A DNA stretch of 64,000 nucleotides, taken from NCBI GenBank assembly GCA_964016885.1, contig OZ024747.1, positions 92,566,001 through 92,630,000 on the forward strand, given 5' to 3'. The notes beneath the pieces were generated by a model that did not search any database, had not been told where the DNA came from, and saw nothing but the letters and a program-made list of their open reading frames with translations. A program made the translations under genes and the position numbers. Positions within the stretch are counted from its first letter, which is position 1. Every line of letters starts with the position of its first letter. Of this stretch, positions 1 to 13,359 are shown piece after piece. The DNA is from Eledone cirrhosa (taxonomy: Eukaryota).

Positions 1-620
1 TGCATGTATGTGTGTGCATGTGGGTGTGCATGTATGTGTGCATGTATGTGTGCATGTATGTGAATGTATATGTGAATGTATATGTGCATGTATGTGTGCA
101 TGTATGTGTGCACGTGTGTGTGCATGTGTGTGCGCATGTGTGTGTGCATGTGGGTGTGCATGTGTGTGTGCGTGCATGTGTGCATGTGTGTGTGTGTGTG
201 TATGTGCATCTATGTGTATACATGCATCTGTGTGTGTGTGTGTGTGTGTGTGTGTGCATCTATGTGTATACATGCAACTATGCGTGTGTATGTGTGATAA
301 CATGCAATTATGTGTGTGTATGTGTGATAGAGAGAGTGTGTGTGTTCAAACATCTATGTGTGCATCTATGTGTGTGTGTGCATCTATATGTGTGTATGTG
401 CATGCATGTGTGTGTGCATCTATATGTGTGTATGTGCATGCATGTGTGTGTGCATCTATGTGTATACATGCATCTATGTGTGTGTGTGTGTGCATCTAAG
501 TGTTTGTATGTGCATGCATGTGTGTGTGCATCTATGTGTATACATGCATCTATGTGTGTGTGTGTGCATCTAAGTGTTTGTATGTGCATGCATGTGTGTG
601 TGCATCTATGTGCAATTACA
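1..620. repeat. Compound (TG/TA/CA) microsatellite
   Basis: Degenerate TGTG/TGCA/TATG units; source of the spurious Cys/Val ORFs. Confidence 0.95.
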
Positions 621-714
621 TGTGCAGTGAAGACAAAAGCAAATAACTTTATATACATAATTATCTCAGTTTATAAATACTGCTGTTATTTGTAAAATAC
701 ATGGAATATTAAAA

Positions 715-745
715 AATATGTATATATATATATATATAAATATAT

Positions 746-777
<32 letters not shown>

Positions 778-796
778 ATGTATATATTTATATATG

Positions 797-847
<51 letters not shown>

Positions 848-873
848 ATATATAAATATATATATATATATAC

Positions 874-954
<81 letters not shown>

Positions 955-1012
955 TATTTATATATGTATGTATATATATATATATATATATATATAAATA
1001 TATTTATATATG

Positions 1013-1051
<39 letters not shown>

Positions 1052-1074
1052 GTATATATACATATATAAATATT

Positions 1075-1105
<31 letters not shown>

Positions 1106-1146
1106 GTATATATACATATATAAATATTTATATATATATATATATT

Positions 1147-1190
<44 letters not shown>

Positions 1191-1256
1191 AATATATATA
1201 AATATATGTGCACACATATATATACTTATATATACATATATATATAAATATATATG

Positions 1257-1318
<62 letters not shown>

Positions 1319-1482
1319 GATATACATACATATATAGATATATATATACATATATATACATGCATATATATATGTATATATATATGTTACTAAACTTCTC
1401 TCAGATACTTACAAAATCTTGAACACATCATTATGATTAAAAATACTGCATAAATTTTTATAATATGTAGCAACACACACAC

Positions 1483-1566
<84 letters not shown>

Positions 1567-1760
1567 AAATATGAATAAATATATATAGAGAGATTTACAT
1601 ATATATATATATTTGTATATATAAATATGTATATATATATATATATACATACTTATATATATATACACATATTCATATATATAATCATATATATATATAT
1701 ATATATATATATACATTCATATATATATATATATATACTTATATATATATACATATATTC

Positions 1761-1825
<65 letters not shown>

Positions 1826-2280
1826 TATTTATTTCTATATTACTATTATATTTACAACATACATCTGAATGAATGTTAAATTTTTATTCATAATTTTTAT
1901 GTTGTTCTCCTAATTGATACATACTAGAAGATGGAACGAGCATATATTTTCTCTTCATACACTACTATTATAGTATTTTTCTTGCTAAACAAAATATTAC
2001 CATAAGCTGTAAATCATAAATTGATCATTTGAAATAGAAAATGTGAAACAAGGAGGGGAAAATAAGTGAAGCTATGGGTTTATTAAAATATCATACTGAG
2101 AAATGTTACCAAGAAAACTTTTTTAAAAACTGTATATTAGTAGTAGAAATATTCCAAATAATGTTTTGATTGCAGATACCTATAGATATATATATAGATA
2201 TGTTGGTATGTATGTGTATATATGTGTGTGTGTATATTTATATATATATATATACATATATATATGTATATGTATGTATT

Positions 2281-2313
<33 letters not shown>

Positions 2314-2471
2314 TTATACTTATATATATTCATATATGTATATATATATATACACACATACATATATGTATATATATACATACATATATGTATATACATA
2401 TATATATATATATATGTATGTATATACATATATGTATATATATATTATACATATATATATATATTTTATAC

Positions 2472-2503
<32 letters not shown>

Positions 2504-2783
2504 CCTAATATAACTGCGTACAATTGCCTCCTATGATGTGTTGGGGCATTTTCAACTATATATACATATAAACACAAATATATATATACATATATATATA
2601 TACGTATATATATATATATACACAAATATATATATATATACACACATATGTATATATATATATGTGTGTGTGTATGTATATATATAAACACAAATATACA
2701 CACATATATATATATATATAAACACAAATATATATATATATATATAATGCATGTGTACAAATAGGAATTATGTTGTTAATTAA

Positions 2784-2815
<32 letters not shown>
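715..2815. repeat. Degenerate (TA)n microsatellite arrays with short AT-rich spacers (similar tracts occur throughout the window)
   Basis: Long TA runs with TACA/TGTA interruptions. Confidence 0.9.
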
Positions 2816-2819
<4 letters not shown>

Positions 2820-3085
2820 CATCATCATCATCATCATCATTTTACGTCCACTTTTCTCTGCTTGCAAGGGTGTGACGGGAACTGATTCTGGCTTGATTTC
2901 TACAGCTGGATGCCCTTCCTAACACCAACCTCATTTACAGTGAGTGCTGCGTGCTTTTTTACAGTGGAGTAAACTGAGTAAACTAGAGCAATGTGAAATA
3001 AAATGTCTTGCTCACCCGGTCTGAGAATGGAACTCACAACCTTTCGATTGCAAGGCCAATGCTCTAACCACTAAGCCATATCATG
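2820..3085 (-). mobile_element. tRNA-derived SINE, degenerate, with (GAT)n tail
   Basis: Minus strand: TGGCTTAGTGGTTAGAGC (A box), GAGTTCCATTC (B-box-like), TGAGCAAGACA core, GGAAGGGCATCCAGCTGTAGAAA, then GGACGTAAAA(TGA)n tail. Confidence 0.7.
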
Positions 3086-3090
3086 TGCCT

Positions 3091-3176
<86 letters not shown>

Positions 3177-3689
3177 ATATTATATTATATAATAGTTTTT
3201 TTAACAATGGTAACAAAGGCAAGTTATTTTACATATCCTTTTATTTTACATATCCTATTCATTTTTTTTACGATCGTTTCAGAGGGTTGATCAATATATT
3301 GACTGATCAATAGCAGTTATAGAACTGTATACTACCAGACATAATATATGGGTTTGATCATATATATACTGTAGTATATATTCCACCTCTTTGTATTTAC
3401 CGATGTTGAAGTATTAACTATGTCCACATACATTTGGTTGTTTTATTCTTGTTGTCCCACTTTCTTAACTTTTGTGTTTATAAATATTCTTAAAAGGACT
3501 ACTGTTGCACTATCGATTTCTTTTCCTCATATATATATATATGCAGAAGTTATATTTAATTTGTTGGGATTCCAACAAGCTTAAAAGCTTATAACTGAAA
3601 TAAAGCACTCAACAGATTACTGGAGTGAACTTTCAACCGTCAAGGTTGTTTTTACCACAGTTATGTCAATATTTATAAAACAAATCTTG

Positions 3690-3754
3690 TATTTTATTTG
3701 ATGAAAACTCACCAAGAATGTCTTGGTTGTCCTTGAAATATATATAATAAAATA
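3690..3754 (+). ncRNA. Hammerhead ribozyme motif, family A, core C3>T (within element ~3545-3797)
   Basis: TATTTTAT-TTGATGA-helix II (ACCAAGA/TCTTGGT)-GAAA-T ATAT ATA-ATAAAATA. Confidence 0.6.
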
Positions 3755-3793
3755 ATTATGGTTTTATAAATATAGTTTCCATTTATTAATATA

Positions 3794-3867
<74 letters not shown>

Positions 3868-3918
3868 GATGCTCAGGTGCAGTAAGTAGAATACTAATAG
3901 GATACTAGTTCATTCAAT

Positions 3919-4108
3919 TGCACAGATGGTTTTATAGAAATAGTGGACACTTTCCATTACCTGGGTGATAAAATCAACAGTGGAGGAGTGTGTTCTGAAA
4001 GTATAGTAACCAGTGTTAGAACGGGATAGAAAATGTTCAGAGAGCTAATACTGCTGTTAGCTACAAAAGGTTTCTCCCTAAAAATGAAAGATAGATTATA
4101 CGATGCTG
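3919..4108 (+). pseudogene. RTE-clade LINE RT C-terminal fragment
   Basis: Reads IEIVDTFHYLGDKINSGGVCSESIVTSVRTG*KMFRELILLLATKGFSLKMKDRLYDA (F.YLG motif, internal stop). Confidence 0.75.
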
Positions 4109-7100
4109 TAAAGTGATCATGTAGGTGTCACGATAAAAAGCACCCAGTCCACACTGTAAAGTGATCATGTAGGTGTCACAGCAAAAAGCACCCAGTCTAC
4201 ACTATAAAGTGATCATGTAGGTGTCACAGCAAAAAGCACCCAGTCCACACTGTAGAGGGAGCATGTAGGTGTCACAACAAAAAGCACCCAGTGCACACTG
4301 TAAAGTGATCCTCTAGGTGTCACAGTAAAAAGCACCCAGTGCACACTGTAAAGTGATCATCTTGGTGTCACAGTAAAAAGCACCCAGTGCACACTGTAAA
4401 GTGATCATCTAGGTGTCCCAGTAAAAAGCACCCAGTGCACACTCTAAAGTGATCATCTAGGTGTCACAGTAAAAAGCACCCAGTGCACACTCTAAAGTGA
4501 TCATCTAGGTGTCACAGTAAAAAGCACCCAGTGCACACTCTAAAGTGATCATCTTGGTGTCACAGTAAAAAGCACCCAGTGCACACTCTAAAGTGATCAT
4601 CTAGGTGTCCCAGTAAAAAGCACCCAGTGCACACTCTAAAGTGATCATCTTGGTGTCACAGTAAAAAGCACCCAGTGCACACTGTAAAGTGATCATCTAG
4701 GTGTCCCAGTAAAAAGCACCCAGTGCACACTCTAAAGTGATCATCTAGGTGTCACAGTAAAAAGCACCCAGTGCACACTGTAAAGTGATCATCTTGGTGT
4801 CCCAGTAAAAAGCACCCAGTGCACACTCTAAAGTGATCATCTAGGTGTCCCAGTAAAAAGCACCCAGTGCACACTCTAAAGTGATCATCTTGGTGTCCCA
4901 GTAAAAAGCACCCAGTGCACACTCTAAAGTGATCATCTAGGTGTCACAGTAAAAAGCACCCAGTGCACACTCTAAAGTGATCATCTAGGTGTCACAGTAA
5001 AAAGCACCCAGTGCACACTGTAAAGTGATCATCTTGGTGTCCCAGTAAAAAGCACCCAGTGCACACTCTAAAGTGATCATCTTGGTGTCCCAGTAAAAAG
5101 CACCCAGTGCACACTCTAAAGTGATCATCTAGGTGTCCCAGTAAAAAGCACCCAGTGCACACTCTAAAGTGATCATCTTGGTGTCACAGTAAAAAGCACC
5201 CAGTGCACACTGTAAAGTGATCATCTAGGTGTCCCAGTAAAAAGCACCCAGTGCACACTCTAAAGTGATCATCTAGGTGTCACAGTAAAAAGCACCCAGT
5301 GCACACTGTAAAGTGATCATCTTGGTGTCCCAGTAAAAAGCACCCAGTGCACACTCTAAAGTGATCATCTAGGTGTCCCAGTAAAAAGCACCCAGTGCAC
5401 ACTCTAAAGTGATCATCTTGGTGTCCCAGTAAAAAGCACCCAGTGCACACTCTAAAGTGATCATCTAGGTGTCACAGTAAAAAGCACCCAGTGCACACTC
5501 TAAAGTGATCATCTAGGTGTCACAGTAAAAAGCACCCAGTGCACACTGTAAAGTGATCATCTTGGTGTCCCAGTAAAAAGCACCCAGTGCACACTCTAAA
5601 GTGATCATCTTGGTGTCCCAGTAAAAAGCACCCAGTGCACACTCTAAAGTGATCATCTAGGTGTCCCAGTAAAAAGCACCCAGTGCACACTCTAAAGTGA
5701 TCATCTTGGTGTCCCAGTAAAAAGCACCCAGTGCACACTCTAAAGTGATCATCTAGGTGTCACAGTAAAAAGCACCCAGTGCACACTCTAAAGTGATCAT
5801 CTAGGTGTCACAGTAAAAAGCACCCAGTGCACACTGTAAAGTGATCATCTTGGTGTCCCAGTAAAAAGCACCCAGTGCACACTGTAAAGTGATCATCTTG
5901 GTGTCCCAGTAAAAAGCACCCAGTGCACACTCTAAAGTGATCATCTAGGTGTCCCAGTAAAAAGCACCCAGTGCACACTCTAAAGTGATCATCTAGGTGT
6001 CACAGTAAAAAGCACCCAGTGCACACTCTAAAGTGATCATCTAGGTGTCACAGCAAAAAGCACCCAGTGCACACTCTAAAGTGATCATCTAGGTGTCACA
6101 GTAAAAAGCACCCAGTGCACACTCTAAAGTGATCATCTAGGTGTCACAGTAAAAAGCACCCAGTGCACACTCTAAAGTGATCATCTAGGTGTCCCAGTAA
6201 AAAGCACCCAGTGCACACTCTAAAGTGATCATCTAGGTGTCACAGTAAAAAGCACCCAGTGCACACTCTAAAGTGATCATCTAGGTGTCACAGCAAAAAG
6301 CACCCAGTGCACACTCTAAAGTGATCATCTAGGTGTCACAGTAAAAAGCACCCAGTGCACACTCTAAAGTGATCATCTAGGTGTCACAGTAAAAAGCACC
6401 CAGTGCACACTCTAAAGTGATCATCTAGGTGTCACAGTAAAAAGCACCCAGTGCACACTCTAAAGTGATCATCTAGGTGTCCCAGTAAAAAGCACCCAGT
6501 GCACACTCTAAAGTGATCATCTAGGTGTCACAGTAAAAAGCACCCAGTGCACACTCTAAAGTGATCATCTAGGTGTCACAGCAAAAAGCACCCAGTGCAC
6601 ACTCTAAAGTGATCATCTAGGTGTCACAGTAAAAAGCACCCAGTGCACACTCTAAAGTGATCATCTAGGTGTCACAGTAAAAAGCACCCAGTGCACACTC
6701 TAAAGTGATCATCTAGGTGTCCCAGTAAAAAGCACCCAGTGCACACTCTAAAGTGATCATCTAGGTGTCACAGTAAAAAGCACCCAGTGCACACTCTAAA
6801 GTGATCATCTAGGTGTCCCAGTAAAAAGCACCCAGTGCACACTCTAAAGTGATCATCTAGGTGTCACAGTAAAAAGCACCCAGTGCACACTCTAAAGTGA
6901 TCATCTAGGTGTCCCAGTAAAAAGCACCCAGTGCACACTCTAAAGTGATCATCTAGGTGTCACAGTAAAAAGCACCCAGTGCACACTCTAAAGTGATCAT
7001 CTAGGTGTCCCAGTAAAAAGCACCCAGTGCACACTCTAAAGTGATCATCTAGGTGTCACAGTAAAAAGCACCCAGTGCACACTCTAAAGTGATCATCTAG

Positions 7101-7180
7101 GTGTCACAACAAAAAGCACCCAGTGCACACTCTAAAGTGATCATCTAGGTGTCACAACAAAAAGCACCCACCCCACACTA
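4106..7180 (+). repeat. 48-bp tandem minisatellite, ~64 copies, SINE-derived
   Basis: Unit CT[C/G]TAAAGTGATCATCT[A/T]GGTGTC[A/C]CAGTAAAAAGCACCCAGTGCACA, head-to-tail, no spacers. Confidence 0.97.
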
Positions 7181-7478
7181 TAAATATGGTTGGCATTAGA
7201 AAGGGCACCCAGCTGTAGAAATCTAGCCAGAAACAGTTCTATATGAGCAAGACACGGTCACCCGATCCAACTTGCCTCTAATGGTACAAACCCGTCTAAC
7301 CCAGGCTAGCGTAGAAAATAGACGTTAAACGACGACGACGACGACGATGATGATGATGATGATGATGATGACGATGATGACGACGACGACGACGATGATG
7401 ATGATGATGATGATGATCATGATGATGATGACGACGACGACGACGATGATGATGATGATGACGATGATCATGATGATG
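7181..7478 (+). mobile_element. SINE 3' half with (GAC/GAT)n tail
   Basis: GGTTGGCATTAGAAAGGGCACCCAGCTGTAGAAA...GACGTTAAAC(GAC/GAT)n; homologous to 2820-2930 on the minus strand. Confidence 0.8.
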
Positions 7479-7550
7479 TATGACAATATGGTTTCATGAC
7501 ATCAGTACACATGTGTTCCTCTTTAACATTCACATTTGTTTGTGCATCAA

Positions 7551-7633
<83 letters not shown>

Positions 7634-7964
7634 GGTGTATGAAGAAATGGTTTCATGACACCATTACACATTTATTTGAGTAGCAACATACACATACGAT
7701 GGTGTAGAAATACAGCTAATATGAAAGGACAAATAAAAATAATTGTTTCTACTTTTGGCACAATGCCAGCAAATTAATCAGTGTATTACTGGTACTTTAT
7801 TTTATCGACCCCAATAGAATCTCCCGTCAAGAATAACATAGATGAGTGTGTAGTTCGAATCAATTCAATGACGGATTCATTGAATTTATCAAATAAAAAT
7901 AATGACTTCATAAGCCATATATTATATATTTATTTAACACTATAACCCCCCCCCCCCTCTCTCT

Positions 7965-8041
<77 letters not shown>

Positions 8042-8109
8042 TCTAGCTGTCGAAACAGCCGGAACTCAGCCGTCGGGGTCCTGACTCTTTTCCTATATTC
8101 CTATATATA

Positions 8110-8152
<43 letters not shown>

Positions 8153-8155
<3 letters not shown>

Positions 8156-8381
8156 ATATATAAGATCAAAAGATGGTTAAAAGAGTTCCATGTATTTTAT
8201 TATGCGCATTTCAAAATGTTGATTCAAAACTGCACTATCCACAAGTGTTTTTAACCTTCATATCATGTCTTCCTATTTTATCTGATGAAAACACAAATAT
8301 TATTGCATGATGATATTTGTTTTTGAAATGCGCATAATAAAATACATGGAACTCTTTTAACCATCTTTTGATATTATATAT

Positions 8382-8385
<4 letters not shown>
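8153..8385. mobile_element. Fold-back non-autonomous element, family D (Penelope-like pLTR type)
   Basis: 8153-8215 is the reverse complement of ~8321-8385; (TA)n on both sides; homologs at 9281-9480 and 23711-23953. Confidence 0.75.
8274..8344 (+). ncRNA. Type-I hammerhead ribozyme, family D
   Basis: Helix I TATTTTAT/ATAAAATA; CTGATGA 8282-8288; helix II ACAAATATTAT/ATGATATTTGT-type stem; GAAA; palindromic helix III ATGCGCAT; AUA site at 8336. Confidence 0.88.
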
Positions 8386-8446
<61 letters not shown>

Positions 8447-8650
8447 TTGTACATAGATATACATATATACATATATACATATATACATACATATATACAT
8501 ATCTAGCTGTGGAAACAGTATACATATATACACACACACACCATATATATATATATATATATATTTGTACATATACAAGTATATTTGTATAGCTAGATAG
8601 GCAGATAGATATACATATATACATATATACATATGCACACATAAATATAT

Positions 8651-8718
<68 letters not shown>

Positions 8719-8878
8719 ATGTGTGTTTGTGTGTGTGTGTGTGACTGTGTGTGATAGAATCTCCCGTCAAGAATAACATAGACGAGTGTGTAGTTCGAAT
8801 CAATTCAATGACGGATTCATTGAATTTAACTTGTAAAGTCGCTGACAAACGTACACTTAAGGTGTGAAGTGAAAACAG

Positions 8879-9070
8879 GGCGGTGGATTGGCAGTATCGG
8901 TAGAGGGTCGGACGCCATGCTTTACATCAAAGAGTTACGGCCCTTTACGGTCTGAGTTCAAATCCCGCCAAGGTTAAGTTTGCCTTTCATCCTTACAGGG
9001 TCGATAAAATAAAGTACCAGTAATGTATTGGGTAATTGCTGGCCTTGTGCCAAAAAGTAGAAACAATTAT
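8879..9070 (+). mobile_element. tRNA-derived SINE (abundant family, octopus OR/OK-like)
   Basis: GGCGGTGGATTGGCAG head, GAGTTCAAATCCC B box, GTCGATAAAATAAAGTACCAG core; more than 10 copies or fragments in the window. Confidence 0.85.
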
Positions 9071-9373
9071 GATCCAGTGTAACAAGACTGCCAGCTTGTC
9101 TTTGTTTATTTGTTACTCTCCCTTGTACACTAGAGCCAGTAGTATCAACCTTAAACAACCGAAACAACGTTTCTCTAGCGGTCAACTGATAATATGGGAC
9201 TACTGCTGTCTATATTCGTTCATTTTCTTGTCTTCGCCCATATTTTTTATTATATGTGTGTGCGTATATATATATATATATAATGTAGGAGGTGAGTTTT
9301 ATTGTAGTACAATAAAGCAATGCAGATATCGGATAAAACACAAGTGTTTTTTAACCTTCATATCATGTCTTCC

Positions 9374-9444
9374 TGTTTTATCTGATGAAAACACAAATAT
9401 TATCGCATGATGATATTTGTTTTTGAAATGCACATAATAAAATA
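9374..9444 (+). ncRNA. Type-I hammerhead ribozyme, family D copy
   Basis: TGTTTTAT-CTGATGA-helix II-GAAA-T GCAC ATA-ATAAAATA. Confidence 0.8.
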
Positions 9445-9481
9445 CATGGAACTCTTTTAACCATCTTTTGTTCTTATATAT

Positions 9482-9569
<88 letters not shown>

Positions 9570-9702
9570 CGTGTGTATGTATAAATCTACAGATACCTGT
9601 GTGTCTGTATTTGATACAATCTTATAGTTACTTCATGTATGTGTTTATACACACACACACACACATGCATACATACATACATACATACATACACACATAC
9701 AT

Positions 9703-11682
9703 CACTGTGCTACCAACAACATCATAACACCTGAGCAAGCTGGTGGAAAGAGGGAGGTGTGGGGTTGCATAGATCACCTACTAACTAACAAAATGATTCA
9801 GGAAAAAACAACAAAGAATCGCAGAAACATGACTGTCGTGTGGCTGGACTATCAAAAAGCATTTGATAGTGTACCTCATGGGTGGATTGTTAAGGCTTTA
9901 CAGTTAGCTAAAGTCCCACAACCATTGGTAGCTGCTGTTGAACGCCTGACCAAGAACTGGTACACCAGTTTGATCCTTAGAGGTGAGAAGGAGCAGGTTA
10001 AGACTGATAAGATACATTACCAGAAGGGCATCTTTCAGAGTGATAGCTTGTCAGTGCTACTCTTCGTTCTCTCACTGAATCCACTATCTTACCTACTCAG
10101 GAAACAAGGTGGACAAAGAAGTGGGCCCAGAAGTATCTCCCATCTTTTCTTTGTTGATGACCTGAAGTTGTATGGGCCAAATATCAATGACATCAAGAAA
10201 CAATTGGACCTCATTACACAATTTTCAACCGACATCAAAATGAAATTTGGTGAGTCCAAGTGTGCATATTTGGCAGTAAAACGTGGAAGAGCTGTGCCCT
10301 CCTCTAGAAATCTAGAGATGAACGGCCTGACAATACAACCTCTGCAGTCAGGTGACAACTACAGATATCTTGGACAGGATGAGAATGTCAGATATGATGG
10401 ACCCATAAATAAGGAGAGAACCAGAACTGAATACCTCAGAAGAGTAAAGAAAATATGGTCATCAGAACTGTCAGCATACAACAAATACATTGCCCACAAT
10501 ACTTATGCTGTGCCAATGGTAACGCCAACATTTGGCCTACTGAACTGGTCATTGCAAGAACTAAGTGAGATGGATGTTAGAACTCGAAAACTTCTCAGTG
10601 TTACTGGGAACTTTAACATCAATGGTGATGTGGATAGGCTATACTTCTCACGCAAGGAAGGTGGCCGGGGTCTAAAATCAATATTAACAACATATGAGAC
10701 CCGGATAGTAACACTGAAGCAACACCTTCAACAGAAGAAAAAAGTTGGCAACCATCTTGCCCAGGTTTATGACCATGAAAAAAGAAATATCATTAGAATA
10801 GCGACTGATCTGGAGGAGAGATATGGAATAAAGCCTGATATAAATCTCTCACCCAGAGAAATCGGAAGATCCTATTCAATGTTCAAACAAGATAAAAAAA
10901 TTGACCAATTTACAGAAAAAGTTGTGCATGGATACTTGAGGCGTAAAACACAGACCATAGAGGAGATAAACCACTCAAAAAGCCTGGCATGGAGTTCCGA
11001 CAAGTTTATGACATCACACCTTGAGGGATATCTCTATGCAATACAGGAACAAGAACTCCCTACCAAATATCTGCTGCACAAAAGAGGAGGGCCAGCAGCT
11101 GACAATAAATGTAGGCTATGTAAAACAAAGATCGAGGATGTAAGCCACATTGTTGCCAGCTGCGAAAGAATGTCATCTCGCTACTACCTCCCCATGAGAC
11201 ACGATGGGATAGCTAGAACCATCTGGAACGCACTTCGGAAAACAAAATCAACAACAAACGAGGAAGAATATATTGAGACAGATGGCACTAAGGAATACTG
11301 GTGGAACCTGAAAATAAAAACTGCCACCAAATTAAAGCACAACCGGCCTGATATTGTAGTTTGGGACCACACATTGAAAACGTGTTCTGTTGTGGAGATC
11401 AGCTGCCCACTTGATGTAAACGTTGTCAGAAAAATACAGGAGAAGGAGGACATCTACGGACCATTGATGAGGAGTTTACAAATCCAGTATCCAAGATACA
11501 CCTTTAGCTTCATACCCATCATTATTGGTGCTACGGGTTATATACCAACCCGCTTGGACCAAAGTATGACTGAACTTGGATTTGCGGACAAAAAGCGCAG
11601 CTCCCTAATTCATAGTCTACAAATGGCTGCGATAGCTGGCACCTTCAAAATTTGCAAAACATTCTTGCGATTGAAGGGATGA
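9703..11682 (+). CDS. Reverse transcriptase + zinc knuckle + restriction-like endonuclease (5'-truncated, no true start codon)
   Basis: PEQAG, WLDYQKAFDSVPH, GIFQSDSLS, HLFFVDDLKLY, YRYLG, GGRGL, CRLC..HIVASC, RHD, PDIVV..EISCP..KEDIY; frame open from 9703. Confidence 0.92.
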   Translation, partial: HCATNNIITPEQAGGKREVWGCIDHLLTNKMIQEKTTKNRRNMTVVWLDYQKAFDSVPHGWIVKALQLAKVPQPLVAAVERLTKNWYTSLILRGEKEQVKTDKIHYQKGIFQSDSLSVLLFVLSLNPLSYLLRKQGGQRSGPRSISHLFFVDDLKLYGPNINDIKKQLDLITQFSTDIKMKFGESKCAYLAVKRGRAVPSSRNLEMNGLTIQPLQSGDNYRYLGQDENVRYDGPINKERTRTEYLRRVKKIWSSELSAYNKYIAHNTYAVPMVTPTFGLLNWSLQELSEMDVRTRKLLSVTGNFNINGDVDRLYFSRKEGGRGLKSILTTYETRIVTLKQHLQQKKKVGNHLAQVYDHEKRNIIRIATDLEERYGIKPDINLSPREIGRSYSMFKQDKKIDQFTEKVVHGYLRRKTQTIEEINHSKSLAWSSDKFMTSHLEGYLYAIQEQELPTKYLLHKRGGPAADNKCRLCKTKIEDVSHIVASCERMSSRYYLPMRHDGIARTIWNALRKTKSTTNEEEYIETDGTKEYWWNLKIKTATKLKHNRPDIVVWDHTLKTCSVVEISCPLDVNVVRKIQEKEDIYGPLMRSLQIQYPRYTFSFIPIIIGATGYIPTRLDQSMTELGFADKKRSSLIHSLQMAAIAGTFKICKTFLRLKG

Positions 11683-11765
11683 CAATTTCTTTTCTTTTAC
11701 AACCTTGCCACCAGGAAGGTGGCCGGTCAAAAAAATATACTCGAAATTAAGAGAAAGAGAAAACA
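9703..11765 (+). mobile_element. 5'-truncated R4/Dong-like non-LTR retrotransposon
   Basis: RT-CCHC-RLE domain order, short 3' UTR, (TACA)n immediately 5' and ACATACAT immediately 3'. Confidence 0.85.
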
Positions 11766-11963
11766 TACATATGTGTATGTATCTATCGACGGTCACATCA
11801 TTCTCACATTCTATAGTGTGTATATTGATATAGAGATATAAAGAGAGAAATGGGGAGAAGAAGAATGCTGATAGTGTTAGCTTCACAATCATGAAATCCC
11901 AGTTTTGATCCCATAGATTGGCATCCTTAGTAAATATCTTTTACCACACCCTCAGGTCGATCC

Positions 11964-12101
<138 letters not shown>

Positions 12102-12104
12102 CCT

Positions 12105-12455
12105 ACACACATACACAAACACCACCTTCAGCCTTCCCCGCTTCGACCCCCCGCCTCCCTCGCCCAACTCCACCCGCCACCACCCTTACACGCCTCACAC
12201 ACTTCCACCACTTGCTCATCTTATTGTTAATTCTTATGTTTAATTTTACGTTTATTTTTATTTTTATTTGTTCTCCTTCCCCCTTTTTTCTAAATGTATT
12301 TCCACACACCCTCGGAACTCTCTTCCTAACCTGTTTATCCTGAAGAAGGGCTTATGCCCGAAACGCCCTTCCCCAGCCCCACTCTCAAGAGCGTGAACCT
12401 AATAAACTTTTATTTGTCTGCCTCTCTGTTTTGTTCCCGTCTAAATTTGCACTAT
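12105..12455 (+). mobile_element. Penelope-like pLTR remnant with minimal hammerhead core (family G)
   Basis: CTGAAGA-A-GGGC TTAT GCCC-GAAACG at 12340-12365, then AATAAA and (TA)n; homologs at 62318-62742 and 63340-63777. Confidence 0.7.
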
Positions 12456-12838
12456 ATATATATAATTAAAAAAATACAAGTTACGGGCGAGAGAGAGGAA
12501 TATCCGTCATCAGTTGTCTACTAGGAATCACAGGTATTTCTTCGCGTTAGAGACAATATACCTCAGCCTAGGGAGAGTCAATAACTAAAATAAGTTATTG
12601 GGATAAAAGAAATGGTGGTGGTGGGGGGGGGGGGGGTCAAGTAAACAGACACGAAGGGTGAAGCAACGTAAAGAGAGGAAAATTATATTTCTCTCTTTAT
12701 ATCTCTATATAAATATACACACTATGGAATGTATGAGAATGATGTGACCGTCTGACCTAGCTAGTCTCAGAACGTGACAACACGTCTGTCTAATGCCAGC
12801 ATGGAAAGCAAATATAAGTCACTAATGATGATGAGGAT

Positions 12839-12883
<45 letters not shown>

Positions 12884-13016
12884 GTATAAGTATGTGTGAG
12901 TGTATGTATATGCATATAGATATAAATATATATGTGTGTGTGAGTAGAGAGAAAGAGAGAGAAATATATACATATATTATACGCACGCATGCACACACAC
13001 ACACACACACACACAC

Positions 13017-13170
<154 letters not shown>

Positions 13171-13359
13171 CATCATGGTATAATGATGGATCTTTATTTT
13201 ATGGATAAACAAGAAATCCCCTTTCAACGTCTGTATGGGTGCGATTGATTCGGCGGCGATTAGTGATTTAGTCGGTCTCTTACATATTGAATGAATTAGA
13301 AACATTGTTCACAGGGATTAGCGGTTTCAAACTGGTTCTATCCCTTTATATATATATAT

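Noticed and set aside
5520-5738. Cys/His repeat peptide (CTGCFLLGHQDDHF)
   Set aside because: Antisense reading of the 48-bp satellite; neighbouring units contain stops
4106-7180. CRISPR array
   Set aside because: Units are contiguous with no unique spacers, no cas genes, and a eukaryotic SINE context
7330-7478. Poly-Asp coding exon
   Set aside because: It is the (GAT/GAC)n tail of the upstream SINE
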